NCBI RefSeq assembly: GCF_001194135.2 | Contig: NC_068998.1 | Coordinates: forward strand, 26,303,948-26,365,684 | Length of the DNA stretch: 61,737 nucleotides | Direction: 5' to 3' | DNA from: Octopus bimaculoides | Taxonomy: Eukaryota | In this document: piece after piece, positions 52,925 through 61,737 of the stretch | Numbering within the stretch: position 1 is the stretch's first letter | How the letters are laid out: each line of letters begins with the position of its first letter | Notes under the pieces: model-generated | The model's input: the letters and a program-made list of their open reading frames with translations, nothing else | What the model was told of the DNA's origin: nothing | Database searches by the model: none | Program-made: the position numbers and the translations under genes

Positions 52925-53630
52925 AATTCGCGTGAATAACTTTCACGACAGTCTCTTTCCAGAGATCAGTAGTACTCAGCCATCATGCTTGTGTTCCATT
53001 CCGCCTGCCTCGATACCTAATCTCCATGGTCCCGATATCTTGGTAGAATCATTCTCCTTGCTTATCACTTACTGCACTATGATTTTCAAGGAAGTAGTCC
53101 AGATGGTTGTGCAGGAAATGCACTTTCTCATTATTCATGTTGCAGCCCAGTGCCCGAAAACTCGTTAACAGGGTCTGCACAAATTTTTCATAGTTCGATG
53201 ACTTCCTGTTTCCCCGGAAATCACACACAACTGTAACAAAAGTACTCCATGCTTCTTTTTCAATGCCAGACATGGTCGCCAAAATCTGCTCGTCTGCAAC
53301 AGCCACCTAACTGTGGCCCATTAAACACACCAACCTTAATTGTCTCACAAAACAAAGCTATTAGCATTTTGTTTAAGTATATGTAACAGTCTCTTTCTTG
53401 GTGTTTTAACACATATTTTACACAGTATGTAGACTGCCCAGGCTTTGTCTTGATCACCCAGTTTCATGCCAAAATAAGTAAGAAAATCTTTCTTCACAAA
53501 ATTTGTGATTTTGTTTCACTGCTTTGGTAAAGTGTAACATCTACAAATATAGCAAAATACGTTGGGGCTGTTTTTTTAATTTTCTTCTCGCACACCTGGG
53601 AAACGTATTTACAGTTCTTCGACCATACTC
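52925..53630 (-). mobile_element. Chapaev3-like (CMC) DNA transposase, internally deleted pseudogene
   Basis: N-terminus NSPNVFCYIC, YFGMKLGDQDKAW..CKIC joined to the C-terminus KVGVFNGPQ, LGCNM..KVHFLHNHLDYFLENHSAVSDKQGE, FYQDIGTMEIRYRG. The family is assigned from remembered motifs (HFLHSHLD..ENLGAVSDEQGERFHQD). TIRs not found. Confidence 0.72.
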
Positions 53631-54886
53631 GACAAAAAGTGACCTTTACACGTGACCTCACAATTAAAAGATTAAGGGCGCATTCGAGATACCGATTTTC
53701 ATAAGAAAATAGTTAAAGGTTTAACAAAACATGATTCACACTAAATCAAGCATGTCTTCTAACAATTTATTTAAAAGTGCTTGCTTCACGAAATAGCAGC
53801 GAAATCACCCTTATTATAAGATTCCACCTTAAATAAGAGTAAACACGTAAACACATTTAATAATATAGTTAAATAAATTCTACCTGATAATAATACGAGA
53901 TGGTTATGCTTGAAATGCCTTTCATCACTCCCTTGGATGGATTGTATTTCTACTTGGATAATAGTTCCAAGCAGTCGATCTACGTTGCTGCTTTGATGAT
54001 AAACGAAAACCATGAGTGGTATTCAATGTTTCCTAGCGCAAGAATCCCTGAATTGTGATAACCTTTTACTCGCCAGTTACAGAGGCTCTCGAAGACATAC
54101 AAGTACACCTATCCTATCACCAAATATTTACTGCTAAAGCTCTACCAAAGGAAAATGGTTAACATCAGAAATATCTCGATGAATCATTACACGTCATATC
54201 ACCTTTATATACCTATGTCAGATTTTTCGTTCGTTTCCTCCTTTATTTATTTCTGTCTTGGTTCTTTATCTTTCTTTTCTGAATTTTCTCTCATTTTTCT
54301 TACTTTTCTTTCTTTGTATATTTCTCTCTCAATATCTATCATTTTCTCTCGCGTAAAACAAAACAACAAAAAAAGCAATTATAAAAACAAACATGTACAC
54401 ATATAAACATACATACGACCATCAAAAATCTCCACTCACCTCATCATCACGGCTTCCAGGTAAGAGAAATTACATTTTTTTACTTTTTTTTATTTTAATA
54501 TATTACGTATTTATCTTCTTTTTTTTCTTGCTATTCTAATCATTGAAAGAAAATTGTTAGTGTCAGTCTGGGAAAGAAATCTGCAAAAGTAAAAACAAAT
54601 TTGTTGTGATTTAATTTGCAGCCGTTGATCTTGACAGCTATCACACAGTCATCATTGCATACAGTCACACTACAGTCATTGCATACAGTCTGCAATGAAC
54701 TATAGCAGAAGGTTAATGCTGATTGCCTCTATACTTCCTCACCCAAACACACGTTTGACATACCAAGACATTTCAGAAATTTTCTGATTCTGTACATTGC
54801 TACAATGCTATATATGTACGTAAGTGTATATGTACTTTAGTGTGTATAAATATATATATATATATGTATATCTATCTATCTATCTA

Positions 54887-54917
<31 letters not shown>

Positions 54918-55860
54918 NNNNNNNNNNNNNNNNNNNNNNNNNNNNNNNNNNNNNNNNNNNNNNNNNNNNNNNNNNNNNNNNNNNNNNNNNNNNNNNNNNN
55001 NNNNNNNNNNNNNNNNNNNNNNNNNNNNNNNNNNNNNNNNNNNNNNNNNNNNNNNNNNNNNNNNNNNNNNNNNNNNNNNNNNNNNNNNNNNNNNNNNNNN
55101 NNNNNNNNNNNNNNNNNNNNNNNNNNNNNNNNNNNNNNNNNNNNNNNNNNNNNNNNNNNNNNNNNNNNNNNNNNNNNNNNNNNNNNNNNNNNNNNNNNNN
55201 NNNNNNNNNNNNNNNNNNNNNNNNNNNNNNNNNNNNNNNNNNNNNNNNNNNNNNNNNNNNNNNNNNNNNNNNNNNNNNNNNNNNNNNNNNNNNNNNNNNN
55301 NNNNNNNNNNNNNNNNNNNNNNNNNNNNNNNNNNNNNNNNNNNNNNNNNNNNNNNNNNNNNNNNNNNNNNNNNNNNNNNNNNNNNNNNNNNNNNNNNNNN
55401 NNNNNNNNNNNNNNNNNNNNNNNNNNNNNNNNNNNNNNNNNNNNNNNNNNNNNNNNNNNNNNNNNNNNNNNNNNNNNATATATATATATGTATATATATA
55501 TACATATACATACATATATATATATATATAAATGAATGTATGTGCTTCTTTTCCATAAATGTATAAAGGATTGCGTTCTTGTACGTATGAATGTAAATAT
55601 TTAAACAGACACACATGTATAGGTATATACAGTCATGCACACAGACAATATACATAAATATTTATAAATACATAAACTTGCATGTGTATACATACATGTT
55701 CAAATAGATATATTGCATACATACACACACTCACTCACTTCAACATGCTTTCACGTGTGTGCGTACTTGTGCGCGCGCGCGTGTGTATGTGTTTGCGTTG
55801 GTGTGTATGTGTGAGCGTGTGTTCGTGAGTGTACAAATAAATACACTGTGTACGTGTGTG

Positions 55861-55896
<36 letters not shown>

Positions 55897-56687
55897 TGTA
55901 CGTACTATGTATGTATATGCAGATAACTACGTATGTGCATCTGTGTAGGCGGTGAGGGCGAGTGCCTGAGAATATTCGTAATAAGATCTTGTCGTACAGT
56001 TGAAGTAATGAGAAAAATCCCTTTGAGGCAATTAGTTGTGTCGAGTAAATATGTCAAGTAGAAAAACATCCATGGGTTTTTATTGACTAAACCAGATATC
56101 TATGACTGGATGGTTAATGTGTAGCGAGTTCGGTGGATAATGATTATCTCTACAACATCACTTTACTTCCATTGATTCTCTATATTTGGCGTTCTTTGTT
56201 TCTTTCATAGACACACCCACCCACACACACACATACACACACACATACACATATAAACACACATACACACATACATACTTACATATGTATATGTGTGTAC
56301 ATAAAAGTGTGTGTGTGTGTCTATGTATAATGCAATCCAGGTAACTGACTAAATAGATATATATGTATGTGTGTATATATATATAGAGAGAGAGAGACAG
56401 AGAGAGATACATACATACATGCATACATACATACCTACATACATACATACATACACACATACATATATACATACATACAAACAAACATACGTACGTACAC
56501 ACATATACTGAAGGAAGGAAAGGTTTGTTGCTAGGATGTTGTATATATGAAAGGTAGATGTGTATATGCATAGAGGGACAGAAATTCAAAGAGATGGTAA
56601 AGTGATATAATGTGTATGCATATGTTTGTGTATGTATATATATATGTGGGTGTGTGTATCTGTGTGCGTGCGTGTGTGTGTGTTGGT

Positions 56688-56873
56688 GTGTCTGTGCTTG
56701 TCCCCCCACCATCGTTTGACAATCGATGGTGGTTTGTTTACGTCCCCGTAGTTAGCGGTTCGGCAAAAGGAAAACGATAGAGTAAGTACTAGGCTTACAA
56801 AGAATATGTCCTGGAGTCGATTTGTTCGACTAAGAGGCGGTACTCCAGGATGGCCGCAGTCAAATGACTGAAG

Positions 56874-56877
<4 letters not shown>
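56688..56877 (+). mobile_element. Family 2 SINE 3' half
   Basis: gtttacgtccccgtagttagcggttcggcaaaa...aagtactaggcttacaaagaat..gtcctggagtcgatttg...ggccgcagtcaaatgactgaa. Confidence 0.88.
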
Positions 56878-56913
<36 letters not shown>

Positions 56914-57799
56914 NNNNNNNNNNNNNNNNNNNNNNNNNNNNNNNNNNNNNNNNNNNNNNNNNNNNNNNNNNNNNNNNNNNNNNNNNNNNNNNNNNNNNNN
57001 NNNNNNNNNNNNNNNNNNNNNNNNNNNNNNNNNNNNNNNNNNNNNNNNNNNNNNNNNNNNNNNNNNNNNNNNNNNNNNNNNNNNNNNNNNNNNNNNNNNN
57101 NNNNNNNNNNNNNNNNNNNNNNNNNNNNNNNNNNNNNNNNNNNNNNNNNNNNNNNNNNNNNNNNNNNNNNNNNNNNNNNNNNNNNNNNNNNNNNNNNNNN
57201 NNNNNNNNNNNNNNNNNNNNNNNNNNNNNNNNNNNNNNNNNNNNNNNNNNNNNNNNNNNNNNNNNNNNNNNNNNNNNNNNNNNNNNNNNNNNNNNNNNNN
57301 NNNNNNNNNNNNNNNNNNNNNNNNNNNNNNNNNNNNNNNNNNNNNNNNNNNNNNNNNNNNNNNNNNNNNNNNNNNNNNNNNNNNNNNNNNNNNNNNNNNN
57401 NNNNNNNNNNNNNNNNNNNNNNNNNNNNNNNNNNNNNNNNNNNNNNNNNNNNNNNNNNNNNNNNNNNNNNNNNNNNNNNNNNNNNNNNNNNNNNNNNNNN
57501 NNNNNNNNNNNNNNNNNNNNNNNNNNNNNNNNNNNNNNNNNNNNNNNNNNNNNNNNNNNNNNNNNNNNNNNNNNNNNNNNNNNNNNNNNNNNNNNNNNNN
57601 NNNNNNNNNNNNNNNNNNNNNNNNNNNNNNNNNNNNNNNNNNNNNNNNNNNNNNNNNNNNNNNNNNNNNNNNNNNNNNNNNNNNNNNNNNNNNNNNNNNN
57701 NNNNNNNNNNNNNNNNNNNNNNNNNNNNNNNNNNNNNNNNNNNNNNNNNNNNNNNNNNNNNNNNNNNNNNNNNNNNNNNNNNNNNNNNNNNNNNNNNNN

Positions 57800-57867
<68 letters not shown>

Positions 57868-58177
57868 CTGTTGAAACGTGTCCATTCTTTAAAACAAGAG
57901 TAAGAAGAAACTGTAATAAAAAATATTAAATTATTACAGGGCAATAAAATTTATTAACTTTGTACTGACATGGAACCAGATGTGTTTACCAATCAACTTT
58001 CGTGTTTGTCATCTATCAGCTCAACTAAGACAAAGATTTGTTATACGTTTTATTCTCAACGTTCAATTTGTGAAAATATGAAACTTCCCTGACATTAAAT
58101 GCCTGACATGGACTGAATGACTGGCAGCATTTGTTCCTCCTCTCTGCGCTCTGAGATAATACGAGGTCAGTTGTTGT

Positions 58178-58320
58178 TTCCATCCTTTCGCGATCGATAA
58201 AAACTACCAATCCAGGGAATTGAAATGGCGGAAGTGTAGAAACATCACCAAATGCTTGGTGTTTAGGTGTTCTGGCTCTTTGTGTTTTGAGTTCGAATCC
58301 CACCGCTGTTTTCGTGAGTA
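58178..58320 (+). mobile_element. Old family 1-like SINE remnants
   Basis: aaatgcttggtg...gttttgagttcgaatcccaccg and tttccatcctttcgcgatcgataaaa resemble the family 1 head and CORE segments. Confidence 0.45.
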
Positions 58321-59483
58321 ATAAACTTAATTCCACATCATTTTTTTCTTGGCTCTCTCTCTGACGATTTCGCCTCCGTTTCGAGCATTCACCGCAGGCG
58401 CCTGGATTGAGCAAACCTTTCAAACATTCTTTGTTGCCCTGTAAAGTGTCAGGGTTACTGCGTTCCGTCGCGATTTGTAAAAGTAAAAGAAAAGCAATCA
58501 ATTATTTTTTCGAAATCTTTTTAGAGATAACTTCTTTGTTCAATTGATTTGATGTATTTCTTTCCGTTCATCAATATCAAAATAACACACCCACGTATAC
58601 CTCTTGATTTGGATGACTTCGGCAGCTTCCAACATGCGAATGGTTAGTGGTCTATACTGAGGGAACATTGATAAATTAAATTATTGAATTAATCATCTAA
58701 TAATATTCCCATTTTATCATTTCCCTGTAGAACTAAGAATGTCGATTTACAGATAACGCGTTCTCCAAAATTCTAATTTTGTAGTTATATAATACAATCG
58801 ATAGCTAAAATGAAAATGCATGCCAGCAGTTTAATGCGGGCTACACTGGCTTCAGTAGCATGACATTATAATCATTATTCGTGCACCTCATACAAAACTC
58901 CTGTCACATCATCGATCACATGAATGTTATGATGACAATAATCACTTATATATATATAACATAGTGTTATATAATGAAATATATTTTTGCATTGTGCTAT
59001 ATAAATTTCACAATATAAACAGAATTTAGAATTCCATGTGTATCTAATACTATGAAAATGAAAGATACGAAGAGGACTTGTGCATTATAGTCAAGGTAGG
59101 GTAAATTATGTCATCTGGAATTCACTTTTACCCGTCTACAACATTACAAATATCACACAATGAACATAAAAAACTAAACTTGAGATTAGTTCACAAATTC
59201 TTTAATTACGTCGTCTTACACGTGTTTCCAGGAAGATTACAGCCGACTTATTTTATCCAAAACCGGAAGACTATACACAAACGTATATACTTTTCTCTAA
59301 GAGATATCCTTTTATCTGTCACTGCCAGTAATATGCTCCTTTTACCTTCTATAATTTTGTTCTACGAGTGTGTGTGTGTGTATAAACATCCACACACATA
59401 CATATAAACTTTGTCACGTGCACTTTACAAACATTCACACACGCATATACACAATACATATATGCATATACATACATACATAC

Positions 59484-59515
<32 letters not shown>

Positions 59516-60064
59516 NNNNNNNNNNNNNNNNNNNNNNNNNNNNNNNNNNNNNNNNNNNNNNNNNNNNNNNNNNNNNNNNNNNNNNNNNNNNNNNNNNNNN
59601 NNNNNNNNNNNNNNNNNNNNNNNNNNNNNNNNNNNNNNNNNNNNNNNNNNNNNNNNNNNNNNNNNNNNNNNNNNNNNNNNNNNNNNNNNNNNNNNNNNNN
59701 NNNNNNNNNNNNNNNNNNNNNNNNNNNNNNNNNNNNNNNNNNNNNNNNNNNNNNNNNNNNNNNNNNNNNNNNNNNNNNNNNNNNNNNNNNNNNNNNNNNN
59801 NNNNNNNNNNNNNNNNNNNNNNNNNNNNNNNNNNNNNNNNNNNNNNNNNNNNNNNNNNNNNNNNNNNNNNNNNNNNNNNNNNNNNNNNNNNNNNNNNNNN
59901 NNNNNNNNNNNNNNNNNNNNNNNNNNNNNNNNNNNNNNNNNNNNNNNNNNNNNNNNNNNNNNNNNNNNNNNNNNNNNNNNNNNNNNNNNNNNNNNNNNNN
60001 NNNNNNNNNNATATATATATATATATATATACATATATAATGGGTGGGTTTTTTTGGGGGGGGT

Positions 60065-60220
60065 GTCTTTGTGTCTGTCTATATCCCCCACTACCCCTTG
60101 ACAACCGGTGTTTGTGTGTTTACGTCCCTGTGACATAGCATCTCGGCAAAAGAGAACAATAGAATAAGTATCGATCTTTAAAAACATAAGTATTGGTGTC
60201 AATTCATTTGACTAAAAATT
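60065..60220 (+). mobile_element. Family 2 SINE 3' half (diverged)
   Basis: cttgacaaccggtg..gtgtttacgtccc..cggcaaaagag..atagaataagta. Confidence 0.75.
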
Positions 60221-61464
60221 CATCAAGATTGAAAGTTACGCCCGCTTAATACCAAGTTTGCCGCCTTAAAAGTAGTTAATATTTACCATGTAACTTTGTC
60301 TAAATCATTAAAATCATACTCAAGCAAACAATGTTTAAAGAAACAACCCAGATGTTATACAAACTTGTATTAGAATGAATATAAGGAATGACTACAAATT
60401 ACTAATATATTGAAGTGAAAATTAGACACACAAAATGAATCATTTGTTCATTATCAGCATTATGTGAACAGATAGGCATCACCTCAATTACATAAAAATA
60501 CCTTTCTCCCTCTCTCTTGAACTGCCTCTCTAATTCAAAACATTAGTCACCTCTTAATCGCAACCGTTCTTGGCTTTTCTTTTTAGTATTATTCTACTGT
60601 GGAACGAATTAAGCTTTTTTTTTTAAATCGTCATAAATTCGCCCTTAGGAAGTGTCCTCTTTCCTTCGTTTTCACTGAATAACTAGCTGAATTCTTAGGA
60701 CCTAATTCAAATGATAGTAACGCATGACCTCTTTCCCATAACTTCCTCAGTCCCTCTCCCCACAAACTTTCCATTCGTTCTCTCATAGTTTCTATCCTCT
60801 CATTGTATAATGCACACACAAGTTAAATGGAACAACAAATGTTCTATGTAAATAAAATATAACAACGATAAAGAATATTTACACAACACAAATATATCTT
60901 CTATGATACTCAATGATCAAGTTGGAGACAAACACACAAAAATATTTTTTTTTTTTAAATTATCTTAATAAAAAGAAAACGCCCCCAAATTTGACCTCTC
61001 CGAATTATGCACATCGTAATCACCTATCAATGACAACTGTTTTCAAATTTTACCACCGTACACTCAACCACATTTTTAATGACCATTCGTAAATTAGTTA
61101 TTATTAACTACTACCACCACCATCCATCCGTCCCCTTGGCCAAATAACTAATAGGACAATTTATTTTCTTAAACTACGCACATTCACACAAAACTCACGA
61201 CTTTAGTTTACCGATAGACGTAGGAACCAATGCCGTTCCTACGTCTGCCTTCCATAGTACATTTATGTATGCACCCTTTTCTATTCATCATTAACGCCTT
61301 GATGAGTTTTGGTTAAGAGCAAAACAAGCTATACGTTTTGTACACATAAATCCTTTATTTACTCTGCTAATGTTAGTTCAATTTTTAATTTTGTTTGCAG
61401 TGATCTTTTTATTATTAATATATTATACTCACTCCCTCTCTAACACACTCACATGCACACAGAA

Positions 61465-61645
61465 AAACACGTATGTATGTACGTATGTATGTACTCATGT
61501 ATATATCTATGCATGCACGTATGTATGTATGGATGTATGTATACATGCATGCATGCATGCATGTATGTATGTATGTATCTATGTATCTATGTATGTAAGC
61601 ATGTATGTATGTACGTATGTATGTATGTATGTATGTATGTATGTG
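61465..61645. repeat. (TATG)n compound microsatellite
   Basis: Direct reading. Confidence 0.95.
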
Positions 61646-61704
61646 GTTACTAATTCTGTCTATAATACCGTTCTTAAAAGATTTAGCAAATTTAAAACCT
61701 AAAC

Positions 61705-61737
<33 letters not shown>

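Noticed and set aside
53880-54065. Protein-like 52-aa plus-strand frame and a minus-strand donor-like site
   Set aside because: No family match. All three minus-strand frames from the candidate acceptor hit stops.
54400-54466. TATAAA followed by a strong CAG/GTAAGA donor (possible short first exon)
   Set aside because: Such motifs arise by chance in 60 kb of AT-rich DNA and no downstream exon was identified.
58025-58501. 158-aa minus-strand ORF with a plausible splice acceptor
   Set aside because: No recognisable domain, and it runs antisense through old SINE remnants at 58178-58320.

Overview
Gap-ridden, AT-rich eukaryotic scaffold dense in microsatellites. The SINE and LINE content resembles an octopus/cephalopod genome; this is inferred from the repeat types, not verified. 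No intact host protein-coding gene, structural RNA gene or CRISPR array is supported. Nearly all long ORFs in the track are translations of microsatellites or N gaps. The window is dominated by decayed mobile DNA: (i) five R4/Dong-type restriction-like-endonuclease (RLE) LINE fragments tied to (TAA)n tracts, four of them stacked head-to-tail over 15.3-23.1 kb; (ii) five fragments of a second RLE LINE lineage whose junctions sit in (CATA)n tracts on the element strand; (iii) several Penelope-like element (PLE) remnants ending in (TA)n, three families of which carry minimal type I hammerhead ribozyme folds with palindromic stem III; (iv) a near full-length decayed CR1-like LINE whose 3' tail resembles that of a CORE-type SINE; (v) RTE, Tc1/mariner, Chapaev3-like and hAT-like fragments and many tRNA-derived SINEs. 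The most interesting signals are the apparent partitioning of microsatellite targets among retroelement families, especially the (CATA)n-associated RLE LINE, and the hidden hammerheads with non-canonical cores. Element boundaries are read by eye and are approximate to tens of bases.
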